Shown here: one piece after another, positions 1 through 11,474 of the stretch
How the letters are laid out: each line of letters starts with the position of its first letter
How positions within the stretch are numbered: the first letter of the stretch is position 1
Assembly: GCF_902713615.1 (NCBI RefSeq)
Contig: NC_052172.1
Location: 19,377,327-19,441,326, forward strand
Reading direction: 5' to 3'
Length of the DNA: 64,000 nt
Source of the DNA: Scyliorhinus canicula
Lineage: Eukaryota
Translations under genes and position numbers: made by a program
The notes under the pieces: generated by a model
Told to the model about the DNA's origin: nothing
Seen by the model: only the letters and a program-made list of their open reading frames with translations
The model's database searches: none

Positions 1-215
1 GTATGAATTGTCTCAAGCCAGGACAGTCAGTAGGATTTTGCAAGCCCAGGCCAGATGGTGGGGGGAGATTGTAATGCGACATGAATCCCAGGTCCCGGTT
101 GAGGCCAAACTCACGTGTGCGTCTTCATTCACCCGAGGAAGGAGCAGTGTTCCGAAAGCTAGTGTTTGAAACAAACATGTTGGACTTTAACCTGGTGTTG
201 TAAGACTTCTTACTG
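1..215. mobile_element. Penelope-like element (Neptune-type) remnant: ORF 3' end on - strand joined to an inverted pseudo-LTR on + strand
   Basis: The reverse complement of 61-120 reads TREFGLNRDLGFMSHY, a typical PLE GIY-YIG C-terminal motif. 133-157 on + is a hammerhead-like core, CCGAGGA-A-GGAGC-agt-GTTCC-GAAA, followed by the same terminus as the copies at 30765-30890 and 36245-36570. Confidence 0.75.
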
Positions 216-1110
216 TCTTTCAAACTGAATGCAAAGCTCAATCATGTTATGATCATTGCTATCCAGGAGCTCCTTTACTAGGTGGTAATTCATTAATCCG
301 GTTTTATTGCACATCACTAGGTCTAGAATGGCCTGCTCTCTGATTGGCTCTGGAACATGTTGCTCTAAGAAGCTGCCCCCAAAAACATTGAACTCATCAG
401 CCAGGCTACCTTTGCCAATCGGATTCGTCCAATCTTTATGTAGATTAAAATCACCCTTGATCATCACCATACTTTTCTCAACAGCCCCATTAGTTCTTCC
501 TGTAAATCCTGTTCTACAGTATGGTTACTATTCAGGGGCCAATTAACAAGTGACTTCCTACCTTTGTTAAACCTGTTCTGAAACTGATTCTACATCTTGA
601 TCTTTAGAGCAAGCTCATCTCTCACTATTGCACGGCCATCTTCAATTAACAGAGCTCCTCCTCCACCTTTTCCTAGCTCACTGCCGTTCCGGAATGTCAA
701 TGACCTTTGCACATTGAGATCCCAGCTTTTGGTCACGTTGGCTATCGGATCATACATATTTATTTCAACACGGGCTGTCAATTTACCCATTTTGTTATGA
801 ATGCTACACATTGAGCCTTTCGATCTGTTTGTTAGTTAGCCTGATCTGCTGCTGCATTAAGTTTGCACACTGTCCCCTCCTGCCATGCTCTGGTTATTAT
901 CCTTATTGTACCTTGCTCTCTTGCCTCGTCCTCTCCCTTTAAGTTATCGCACCTTCCCTCACTTGATCCCCTGCCCCACTATTTTGTTTGAAGCTCTCTC
1001 TCCACCACCATAGTTATACGACTCACCAGAACACAGGTCCCAGCTTGGATCCAGTAAAGGTGGCCCAACGGTACAGCTTCCACTTTCCCCAGTCCTGGTG
1101 CCAGCTCACT
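216..1110 (-). mobile_element. CR1 LINE fragment (ORF1 end and degenerate AP endonuclease of ORF2)
   Basis: Minus ORFs 210..470 (GDFNLH..DW, ILDLV, SNDHNMI) and 590..811 (SI.NK) match CR1 endonuclease motifs but are frameshifted. Confidence 0.8.
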
Positions 1111-1538
1111 ATTAAGCAAAGGCATACTAACTTGCCCCCAGGCAAAGATTGAGCAAGAGAGCCTCCATTTAACATTGGAGCCCAGAAACACCCTGGAAGT
1201 CAAGAGGAAATGGCACAGAACTCGATACCCTTGGGTGGTGCATGCACATTAGACAAAGTTAAGCACTTTCGTCACACATTAACCTACAATTTGGCTCGGG
1301 TGTGTCTCAGCTTAATTTGGTAAACAGTTGCCGTGACTAATGAAGCAAAAGTGAAGGCATCTGTACACAAGTTAACATTAGCAGAACCAACACTTACACA
1401 ATTGACAAGAGGTGAAAAAACAAATTCGCTATACTGTGCCCAGCAGAGACGTAACCAAATAAGTAACTGGTTACAAGGTGATTAAGATTAACAACTGCAC
1501 AAAAAAAAAGTTACTGTTACGTTTCACTTGTTCAAAGG

Positions 1539-2493
1539 TGTCATGTGAGAGTACCTTTAAGAAATGAGTGTTTAAGAAATGTACCTTTTAAGAAATGGGT
1601 GTTTATCAGTGATGTCAGAGTGTGGGTGGACCTGGGCTGTCTGTCAGCTTTTTTTTACTTTCGTTTTAGGCTGTTTGCTGCAGGGTGTGTTTTAGTTTCG
1701 TTTTCAGAGCTGGAGAGCTGCAGTCACAGCTAGAAGGTGAATCAGAGTCTCTCTCTGTAATCTAAAGACTGTAAATCGATCCTTTGGTGATTTAAAACTA
1801 ATAACTGCTCTCAGTAGTGACTTTAACCTGATGCGCTTCTGTTAAAGTTTCTTTTTTAAAGTCTTATGGATGTTAAAAGGAAAGCTTAAGGATTACTTAG
1901 TGTTGTATTCTTTGGGGGTTGTATTTGAATTAATGGTTGCTAAGATGTTCACTGTATGTTTTAAAAAGGTTAACTTGAGTTCATAGAATAAACATTGTTT
2001 TGCTTTAAAAAATACTTTTCCATTTCTGCTGTACCACACCTGTAGAGTGGGCCGCGTGCTCCCCATACCACAACCTAGTAAAAGTTGTGGGTCAGGTGGA
2101 CTCCATGATATACTTTGGGGTTCTCAAAACCCTGGCCCATGGGGGGCAGCAGGGTAGCATGGTGGTTAGCATAAATGCTTCACAGCTCCAGGGTCCCAGG
2201 TTCGATTCCCGGCTGGGTCACTGTCTGTGTGGAGTCTGCACGTCCTCCCCCTGTGTGCGTGGGTCTCCTCCGGGTGCTCCGGTTTCCTCCCACAATCCAA
2301 AGATGTGCGGGTTAGGTGGATTGGCCGTGCTAAATTGCCCGTAGTGTCCTAATAAATGTACGGTTAGGGGGGTTGGGTTACGGGTATAGGGTGGATATGT
2401 GGGTTTGAGTAGGGTGATCATGGCTCGGCACAACATTGAGGGCCGAAGGGCCTGTTCTGTGCTGTACTGTTCTATGTTCTATGTTCTATAACA
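1539..2493 (+). mobile_element. Solo LTR with an HE1 SINE inserted 4 nt from its 3' end
   Basis: TG..CA termini (TGTCATG...CCCAT[SINE]AACA), internal AATAAA near 1987, 5-bp TSD AAAGG at 1534-1538 and 2494-2498. A second copy lies at ~51208-51803. Confidence 0.85.
2141..2489 (+). mobile_element. HE1-like V-SINE with CR1-type (GTTCTAT)n tail
   Basis: tRNA-like A/B boxes, V-domain (GGGTGCTCCGGTTTCCTCCCAC), tail GGGCCGAAGGGCCTGTTCTGTGCTGTACTGTTCTATG. Near-identical copies at 47890-48238 (+) and 58495-58835 (-). Confidence 0.9.
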
Positions 2494-2982
2494 AAAGGTA
2501 ATTGGTAAAAGGAGCAATAAAGACACCGGGGAACATTTTTTCATGTAGAAAGGGGATTGGGAACTGGAATGCACTAGAGTGTGGAGGAGGCAGGTTCAAT
2601 TGAGGCATCAGAGGGGGCAAATCAGATTGTTACCTGAAAAGAAAGAAGGTGCAGGGCTATAGGGGAATGACCCAAAGTAAATTGGAGAGCTGGTGCAGAT
2701 ATGACCGGCCATTCAGCTGCCTTTGTGCTATAACTGCTCGATGATTGCACTTTGAATAAATAGGAGTGGCAGTTAAACTCTAAACAAGGTTTACAGTAGC
2801 ACTATTCATTTGTATCAACGACGAGGGTGATCATGGAGGCATAGGAGAACAGCCATTCCTTAAAATAATAATAAAAGACTTTAATTGGCAGCTTAGAATC
2901 TTACCCAGATATCAAAATAAACTAAATAATGCAAAAGCTAGGGTTCAGCTAAAAGACTAGTCTGAAAGTAGCATCTAATTTA

Positions 2983-3441
2983 ATAATCTTTATTAGTGTC
3001 ACAAGTAGGCTTACGTTAACACTGCAATGAAGTTACTGCGAAAATTCCCTCGTCACCACACTCCAGCGCCTGTTCGGGTACACGGAGGGAGAATTCAGAA
3101 TGTCCAGTTCACCTAACAGCACGTCTTTCGGGACTTGTGGGAGGAAACCGGAGCACCCGGAGGAAACCCACGCAGACACGGGGAGAACATGCAGCCTCTG
3201 CACAGACAGCGACCCAGCCGAGAAATCGAACCTGGGACCCTGGCGCTGTGAAGCAAGTATTAACCACTGAAATGAAATGAAAATCGCTTATTGTCACGAG
3301 TAGGCTTCAATGAAGTTACTGTGAAAAGCCCCTAGTCGCCACATTCCGGCGCCTGTTCGGGGAGGCTGGTACGGGAATCGAACCGTGCTGCTGGCCTGCT
3401 GTAAAAGCCAGCGATTTAGCCCAGTGAGCTGTGCTACCGTG
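2983..3441 (-). mobile_element. HE1-like SINE with (ATT)n-type tail, interrupted by a second tRNA-SINE (3269-3428)
   Basis: V-domain plus tail ...CAGTAACTTCATTGCAGTGTTAA...AATAAAGATTATT. The nested element ends in (CATTT)n. Confidence 0.85.
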
Positions 3442-4321
3442 TCTAGAGTAAATAGGATAAAGAAAACTCAAAAAAAACAATTCACCAGGACAAATCATAT
3501 ACAGGAGACAGCAGGCTGACTAGTCTTTCTTCTTTCTCAGGATTACTGTATTGCATTGACTGAATAAGTGGAATTCTTCTATTTTGCATGAAAACCAAAA
3601 ATTTTAGTTCCATAATGTTTGCCGTTGTATGGAAGGAGCAAAATCCTTAACCATTCTAAATTTTTGGCCTGTATTTAAGCGCTGTTTTGACTTTGTACAT
3701 TGCATACAGGATTCAAGGCATGGGAGTAGTTATAATGCAGCTTGTATGTGGGGAACAGGGAGGCAGAGAGAGGAATAAATGAATCTGTATCACTTTGAGA
3801 CACTATACTTGAGGCCCTGCCGTCCTACAAAAGGTGCCAAGTGAAGAGAAATTTAACTCAGTGGGAAGGGAGAAATTAAACTTCAGTCAAAAAGGGATCA
3901 TTACTGTCTCACAAACGGTACAAATCTAATTAAAAACCTCAAACTTTTAAATTGGCTTTCAAAACATTTTGATGAAGGTTAAAATTCTGTGGGTTGGGAA
4001 AATGCATTTCTGAAGTTCTCTTATCTTTTTTCTGACCTTCCAATATATTTTTCTGCTGCTAACTCTTCCTGATCGAGGAGTACTCTATTTGCATAACAGT
4101 TATCCTACCAGAGTAGATGAACTGGGCTGGCTGCATTATAGATAATTATACACTCACACCCTCTAATAACTAGGGTCTCTAATTCCCTGTCTCGAACACA
4201 CACGCACACACTTCACCAACAAATAGAAAAATGGAAAGGCACTTGTCTGAGTCACGGTACTCTGATATTAAGACTCTTCCCCGGTGAAGTGCCGGAGAGT
4301 CACCAGCAAACCATTGCTCAC

Positions 4322-4353
4322 TTGTTAACAATCTCCTTCATTAAACCAACCAT
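4322..4353 (-). CDS. Candidate alternative first coding micro-exon (MVGLMKEIVN+2 nt) of an unidentified minus-strand gene
   Basis: ATG..AACAA|GTGAGC; 32 nt, phase 2; lies in a repeat-free zone. Confidence 0.35.
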
Positions 4354-4850
4354 CTGAGGCAAAACCCTCTCGAAAAGTTACCAGACAAGACCCAAGAATG
4401 GAACAACAAACTAAAATTATACAGCTGGATGATTTTCACAGCTTAACTGGACACAAGGGAGCAAGACTTTTTTTTTACTGTTATCCTTTAATGACCAACC
4501 AAAACTCCACAAGAGAAGCAGGAGGCACAACCCAGAGCTGCTTTCCCCCCATTACAGGGGGAAATTATCTGAATTCCACTCATCATTCTCGAACATCGTG
4601 TACAAGGAAGTGGGAGAGGAGTACACGAGCAAGGGATACTTGTACAAAATTAACCCATTGCCTTCTTACAAAGTGCTCAAGTCATTTGCTGAACCATTCT
4701 TTTCAAATTGGATGGAGCGTCAGGTTTAAAAATTAGAAACAATTCAAATTATAAGAAGCACTTCAACAGACCGTAAAAAGGTACAGATTCCCACCCGAAA
4801 GCAGCACTGAGCAACAATACATTCCAGGGGATCAGGTATTCTATATTTAC

Positions 4851-4864
4851 CTGGCACGCCTCAT
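4851..4864 (-). CDS. Candidate alternative first coding micro-exon (MRRA+2 nt)
   Basis: ATGAGGCGTGCCAG|GTAAAT; 14 nt, phase 2, strong donor. Confidence 0.4.
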
Positions 4865-5411
4865 AAGTTAAAGCAATGACTGCGCAGCAGGCAATCTTTT
4901 ACATGTGGTGGCAAAAAACTAAAATAAACGGCACTCATGACCAATTAAGTTGATCTCAAACCAAGTCCTTGGCTCTGTAACAATTTAGTACAACACAACT
5001 GGTTATATAAACACAAACTAACCAATACTGTACGAGCATGTGTAAGCAATGTTGCTTCAACACACCGTTTTCAAAACAGCCATTCCTCCTTCATCCAATC
5101 TCTCCAATAAAATGCAACTTTAGCGCTAGAATTTAATATGAAGTTTGGACAATCAGCAACCGAAATGTTTTGCACAAGTTTCCAAAATGAAAAACTTTAA
5201 ACTGGAATGTATAATTTAAAACAAAGGTGCAATAACTACAGACTCTACTGGATGCAAGAGTTGCTCCCGATAAGTTTACAAACTTATCAGAATAAACAGC
5301 CACTGCCATTGTGTGCCAGGAATGCATACGATTTTGAAACCCGATTCAATTAAATATTCAACAAGTTATCAATCATTTCTAGACAAAGTAAAAGTGGCTG
5401 CAGTCACTCAC

Positions 5412-5428
5412 TCAGGTGACAGGAACAT
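5412..5428 (-). CDS. Candidate alternative first coding micro-exon (MFLSP+2 nt)
   Basis: agaATGTTCCTGTCACCTGA|GTGAGT; 17 nt, phase 2, purine at -3. Confidence 0.4.
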
Positions 5429-6180
5429 TCTTTTGACCTTGAGCAGTTTCAATAACGATAAGACCGAACTTGGATCTCATTTCATTATATAGAGCAACAA
5501 ACAACTGCACTGTTGGGAGATACGTAGATTTTTTCCCCGATGAAGGATGAAAAGATTTTTATGGCAGATTACAAAGTGCACTTTTACAGTGCGTTTTTCA
5601 TGGAGACACACTACAAAAGCAGCTTGTATCGTACAAACAACCAAACAACACTGTGGTTAGGGCTGCAGCGGTATTCAAAGCAACACACCAAACAGCAAAA
5701 TCAAATTAGTCTCAGGTGTCAGATCAACTGCGGAAAGAGCTGGTACGCCTGGAAACTGGCAACTTGTTTCAAACCACCGAAAGCAATTTCTGCAATTTTA
5801 AAGTAATGTCGAGTCCTAGCATGTGCTCCAAGAGGGCACATGTCCCTCGAAAACAAAATGCACGGAGCACGATTTGATGACCTGGAAATGTAAAAGAAAA
5901 CTTACTGTTTTTGAAGCAGACCAATTTGGCAATGCAACGTATTCGCTGGTCCGCTCCATCAGTCACACCCCTGCATTCCCACGGTCACTGCTACATCTAT
6001 TATTTTAATCTACAAAAATCAATTCCTAGCTGCTTCACAAAGCAATGGGTCAAGCCCCAGCCAAAACAGACTTGACCCATCACCCACAAGTGAAGAGTTC
6101 CACTAGTTCAGTTCAGTCAGCCAAATCAGAGGCAAGCTAACGCACTTAAATGGCTGTCTCCCAACATCTTGCTTGCTCAC

Positions 6181-6233
6181 TGCAGGAACACACGCTCTGC
6201 CCGGAGCTGGGAATGGAGGAGGAGTAGAGACAT
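6181..6233 (-). CDS. Candidate alternative first coding exon (MSLLLLHSQLRAERVFL+2 nt)
   Basis: gtgATG...TTCCTGCA|GTGAGC; 53 nt open, phase 2. Confidence 0.4.
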
Positions 6234-6420
6234 CACAGCTGCCAAACCTCCTAGTGAAAGGAGGTCAGCATCTTTGATTTTTCTTTGGAAGCAGAGAAAT
6301 GCCACGCTTGACTAAATGGTTACCCAATTCACAGCAATTTGTTGTTTACTGAAAAGTCATAACTAGCAACTAAAATGCGCATTTTTAAAAATTGCTATTT
6401 TGTTGAAAATTGATGTACAC

Positions 6421-7127
6421 TGTGACGAATGGAGGATTTTGGGAATCTAAATATTTGGGCAATTTAAGGGTTAAAAGCCTGGGGTTATCGTGTGTTCGAC
6501 TGCAGTGGCCATGTTTGTTTTCCAAAAAGGATTTTGTGTTGCAGGGCCTGGGAGCTTTTAGGAGCCAGAAGGTGAAATTGACCAGAGGAATGTGTTTTTC
6601 AGTCTGGGCTAATGCACTGTGGTTTGATTGGGGGGAGGGGGGAGTCTCTGGGGAGTTAATCACTGAGGTCGCTTATCGCATGCTTCCCACCAACGTGTTG
6701 AACTGGGGTAATTCAGCGTAAACTGAGGGGACTGACCCCGGGGATTTTTCTGGCTAATCAATACCTGCCGTATTTTTTAAATGTACTTTGAAATTCCCAG
6801 AGATCAGCCCGGAATGCTGATTTGTTTGGCAACTTGGGGAAATGATGCCATTGCTGGGTGGAGCTAAGGGATTCAGAGTGACATTTTTGAGAAAGCTTTG
6901 GAGCGGAGATGCAGTCCGATCTGACTGACACCGAGTCCACAATTCTCTCCCAGCACGATAGTTCTAATATAGTTTTGTTTTAAAAATGCCAAATGCCAAT
7001 TTCTTCAAGTAATCACTCGTGGAGCGATTCATTATTTCCGCACAGTCTTACAAAATAAACAAAAATATTGGGGCTTCATTCCAGTACCCGAGCCCCAGTT
7101 GGGATCTGGTCTGGGATCGCAATAACA
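6421..7127 (+). mobile_element. Solo LTR-like element
   Basis: Starts TGTGACGAAT, AATAAA near 7054, ends GGGATCGCAATAACA. No clean TSD. Confidence 0.6.
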
Positions 7128-7548
7128 CCAAGTTTTAAAAAAGACTAATTTCTCATGAGAGAGTGCTAATGTTTCACAGCCTAATTGTGAAATACAAAAA
7201 AAGTCTCCGTTTGAAGCAGTCACCTTTTGCTGGATTTTTTTTAGTTGTGTGGGGGGGGGGGGGAGGGCGGGGGGAAGAGAACCAGAGGTCAGGTACTTAG
7301 AGATTTGTCAGCATGTCTTTTGTTAAAAGTACTACTTAAATCACAGATTTCACTTGAATGACTTGGTTAAACCCCCCTCCCCCCCCCCACCCTGAATCTC
7401 CCCTAGCTTCTCTGGGAATTTCAGAGTACATTTAAAAAAGATGGCAGGTATTGATTAGCCAGAAAAATCCCCGGGGTCAGTCCCCTCAGTTTACGCTGAA
7501 TTACCCCAGTTCAACACGTTGGTGGGAAGCATGCGATAAGCGACCTCA
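6664..7548. repeat. Inverted repeat, arms 6664-6803 and 7409-7548
   Basis: The outer 106 bp (6664-6769 vs 7443-7548) are exact reverse complements; the inner ~34 bp have 3 mismatches. Confidence 0.95.
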
Positions 7549-8237
7549 TTGATTCGGAGCTAGTTGTGATCCAGGTCGGTTTTGGCCAAGTACACAGAGA
7601 CGTATTTCCCTCAGGTGAGTGGGTTAATAACTGGAGATCATAGATTTGAAAATCATTGGCAAAAAAAAAAACATGCCAGGAGATGAGAAACATTTTCACT
7701 CGGTGTTTGGAATGATCAACTTGAAAAAGATGCTGGAAGCAGATTCCATAAATAGTTTCAAACAGCAAGTTGGACAGGAGACAGAGGTTACAGGCAAAAG
7801 GAGAGAGTATGGGATTAAGTTATGACTGCTGTTTCAAAAAGTTAGCACATGCTGAACATCCTCTTTCTTTTCTGTAAGTTTCTCTGACTCCAGTTGGAAT
7901 GAGAGGACAACCAGGAGAGAGGACAATCAGGGAACATACGATACAGGAGGAACAGGCCAGTTGGCACGTCAAACCTGCTCCACCATTCAATGAGACCATG
8001 GCTGATTATCTGCCTCGCACCTTTCCACACAACCTCAATACCCCCAAAATCTAGCAGCCTGTGTCTGGGGGAAAAAACCACAGGAAGATAGGTTCAAGCA
8101 TGGCTCCGGGTCCCTAACAATTCAGCCTCGCGTCCCGATGGAGAATGGCCACTTGAGCATGTTACTGAACACAGACTACACCAGCTCAAGATCCTCGGGG
8201 GTGGTAGAGATAGGAAACGAGACAAAATTGTCACAGG

Positions 8238-8526
8238 ACAGCACAGTGGCTAGCACTGTTGCTTCACGGCGCCAGGGTTCAATGTCCAGCTTGGGTCACT
8301 GTCTGTGCGGAGTCTGCACATTCTCCCCGTGTCTGCGTGGGTTTCCTCCGGGTGCTCCGGTTTCCTCCCACAAGTCCCGAAAGACGTGCTGTTAGACGAA
8401 CTGGACATTCTGAATTCTCCCTCTATGTACCTGAACAGGCGCCGGAGTGCGGTGACTAGGGGCTTTTCACAGTAACTTCAATGCAGTGTTAATGTAAGCC
8501 TACTTGTGACAATAAAGATTATTATT
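8238..8526 (+). mobile_element. HE1-like SINE with (ATT)n-type tail
   Basis: V-domain plus CAAGTCCCGAAAGACGTGCTG...GACAATAAAGATTATTATT. Similar copies at 15492-15785, 23995-24290, 28352-28650, 30893-31198 and 57432-57740. Confidence 0.9.
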
Positions 8527-9030
8527 GTTAGGGCCCCGTCAGGCACCCCAGCTGGCTAAACCACTCGCACAGCAAAGACAAGTTTGCAAACCAGCAACCT
8601 CTCTGCTCCATACAGACAAGACTAGATCGTTTACATTACGATACAGTCAAACCCTTAAGGGATCGGGGCAAGAAATATTTTATTTTAATGACAATATTTT
8701 GACTGAAAGGAAGAGCAGCTCAAGGTTGTTATGTTTATAGTGATTGTGCAAGGCGCCAGTTTGGTGTCAATCACTGCTGCTCACTTAATTATTCATGTAA
8801 AATCCTGACCATGGCACCTTTCGATCAACACCGCATGCAGAGTTTTATTATTTTTGTTTTATATGTAGGAACCTGATGGGGCCAATTATAGAGCCATCAA
8901 TCACCCGGCAGGTAACACAGGAAAATGATAAACAAAAGACGCAATCGGGGCTCCTGAAGAATGCCAGCCAAGCACTGCACAGCAGCCGTGACAGTCCCTA
9001 GAGTGCAGCTTCTATAAAACAGTTGTGTCA

Positions 9031-9450
9031 GGGCAGCATGGCGCAATGGTTAGCCCTGCAGTCTCACAGCACCGAGGTCCCAGGTTCGATCCCGGCTCTG
9101 GGTCAATGTCCGCGTGGAGTTGCACATTCGCCCCCAGAACCCAAAAAATGTGCAGGCTAGGTGGATTGGCCACGCTAAATTGCCCCTTAATTGGAAAAAC
9201 CTTAATTGGAAAAATTACAGCACAGGAACAGGCCCTTCGGCCCTCCAAGCCTGCGCTGATCCAGATCCTCTATCTAAAACTGTCGCCTATTTTCAAAGGA
9301 TCTGTATCCCTCTTCTCCCTGCCCATTCATGTATCTGTTTAGATACATCTTAAATGACGCTATCGTGCCCGCCTCTACCACCTCCGCCGGCAATGCGTTC
9401 CAGGCACCCACCCTCTGCGTAATTGGGTATTCTAAATTTATAAAAAACAA
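9031..9450 (+). mobile_element. Short poly(A)-type HE1 SINE interrupted by an antisense CR1 3' fragment (~9210-9420)
   Basis: SINE body to ~9200, then the CR1 RT end (QRVGAWNALPAEVVEAGT), then the SINE tail AATTGGGTATTCTAAATTTATAAAAAA. Confidence 0.8.
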
Positions 9451-10289
9451 TTGGGCCAAAATCCTCTTTAAATTATAGAACAGCAGGGGCGAGGCACCCC
9501 AACTGAGGGGTCACTACCTACGCAAAGGCAAAATACTGCGGATGCTGGAAATGTCACCATCTATCACTGCTTGTAACTGCAGAGTACAAAATGCTGTGCT
9601 GGCTGGTGGAACTACACACAAACACACAGCAGGCCACCTGCAGTTGGCTTTTAAAAATCTTCATCATTCGCCTTGGGCCCCTGTCAGTTTTTGCCAGAGC
9701 ACAAACTCTTGCCAGAGCACAAACTCCACTAAACTCTACAATTGAGAGACGTGCAAGCTGTCAGGTCTTCAGTTCCAAAACCAGTAGCCGTGCTGTTCTA
9801 TATTGTCGAACATCCACAACTGCAGCCTGTGAGCTCCCTGCCCCACCCCTACCCAGCACCTTCGGAGCAGCCAACCAATGCAAGAACCTCTACAGTGCAG
9901 AAGGGGGCCATTCGGCCCATTGAGTCTGCGCCGACCCTCTGAAAGGGCACCCCGACCAAGCTCACTCCCCTGCCCTATCCCATTAACCCTTAACCCAACC
10001 TACACGATCTGTATTTTTGGACATTAAGGGACAATTTACCATGGACAATCCACCTAACCGGTACATCTTTGAACTGTAGGAGGAAACCGGAGCAGCCGGA
10101 GGAAACCCACGCAGACACGGGGAGAAAGTACAAACTCCACACCATACAGTCACCGGAGGCTGGAATCGAACCCACATCCCTGGCACTGTGAGGCGGCAGT
10201 GCTAACCACTGTGCCACCCCATCTTGTGTCATGAATAAGTCTGATCACAGAACTGAACCGCCGTGTACAAATTCAGGTTTATAAATTAC

Positions 10290-10578
10290 CTATCATTAAC
10301 TTATGCAACTTGGGATAAATACCACAATGTCAACACTCCCAGTTGATATACGAGGTAAGAGCAAAGTCTTCTCGCTTTATCCTGCAATATGCATTAACCC
10401 CAATCTCAAAGTACATTATTTGCTACCAACAAAGTCCCCATTTCCCACTCTGACCATCCTTGGACATGCCTTGAATTCTGCAAAGTTTATCGGTCAAAAG
10501 GTTATTCATGGAGATTACAGGTTTGCTAATAAAGCTGGAAAAAGCTCCTTTTCCAGAATGAACTGACTTTCTCCGAAC
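10290..10578 (-). other. Candidate spliced (mostly non-coding) exon of the minus-strand gene
   Basis: Acceptor TGTCTCTTGCTACAG|G and donor AG|GTAATT in unique sequence. Confidence 0.3.
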
Positions 10579-10849
10579 CTGTAGCAAGAGACACGACGAT
10601 GAGCCGACTATCCCCACGAAACAGGGATTCAAGCGCAAGAACCCAGCTGAGCCACGCCCAGCACTGTATCACACAGATGTCAATCCAAGGCTATCGCAAA
10701 AGTGAAAATCGTGGATTTTTAATTTTATTGCCAAAGACCTCGTTTCAATCATTCCTTGGACCAAAAAAAGTTGTTGAACCCCAAATAGGGGAATCTCTCA
10801 AACCAACAGCACCTTCGGGGAACACCAAAACAAGGATTAATTTTCTTAC

Positions 10850-11109
10850 AACAACAACTCGCTCCCCTCATTCTCTGCTCTCCTCGGGCAATTGATTGTT
10901 TGCACAAGTCAAGAAGCAAGAGAGCCAACAGGCTGTTTGAGGCAAAAATTACATCAAAGCGCCAAAGTAGTCCTCGCCCAATGCCCAGTTTCCAACAGTC
11001 TAGTTGACTTTTCATCTTCCTATCCCAAGGGCTTGAGGGTGAGCTGCAGGACTCTACTTGCATGTCCTGCCGAAACCTATTTCACCAACTTTCAAACTGT
11101 CGGCCCAAC
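10850..11109 (-). other. Candidate 5'UTR exon of the minus-strand gene
   Basis: Strong acceptor TCTCTTTGTTCACCCTTGCAG|G and donor TT|GTAAGA in unique sequence. Confidence 0.4.
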
Positions 11110-11294
11110 CTGCAAGGGTGAACAAAGAGACCCCCCCCCCTCCTCCATTATCCCCCTCCAACCCCAAAGTCATGAGCCAGTCAGTCATTACCATTCTTGG
11201 TTACATTGACCCTCAATTAATGCCCCAGATTTGAAATGGTCACCTACATGCTAAAACCCCTTCACTTCCTCAACCCGTCCCTGTCTCCAGACCC

Positions 11295-11474
11295 CCCCTT
11301 GCATCACCAACCCACTCCCAAGTACCCCCCCCTCCCCCCTGCATCACCAACCCACTCCCAAGTACCCCCCCCCCACCCCCTGCATCACCAACCCACTCCC
11401 AAGTACCCCCCCCCCACCCCCTGCATCACCAACCCACTCCCAAGTACCCCCCCCCCCCCCCCCCCCCCCCCCCC
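11295..11474. repeat. Short C-rich minisatellite (4 x ~40 bp) ending in poly-C
   Basis: Unit TGCATCACCAACCCACTCCCAAGTA(C)n repeated 4 times. Confidence 0.9.

Noticed and set aside
2141-2220. tRNA-like sequences at many SINE heads
   Set aside because: A/B boxes continue straight into SINE bodies; no full cloverleaf or terminator.
5906-5959. ATG exon MERTSEYVALPNWSASKT with donor A|GTAAGT
   Set aside because: Phase 0, inconsistent with the neighbouring phase-2 set; possibly non-coding or spurious.
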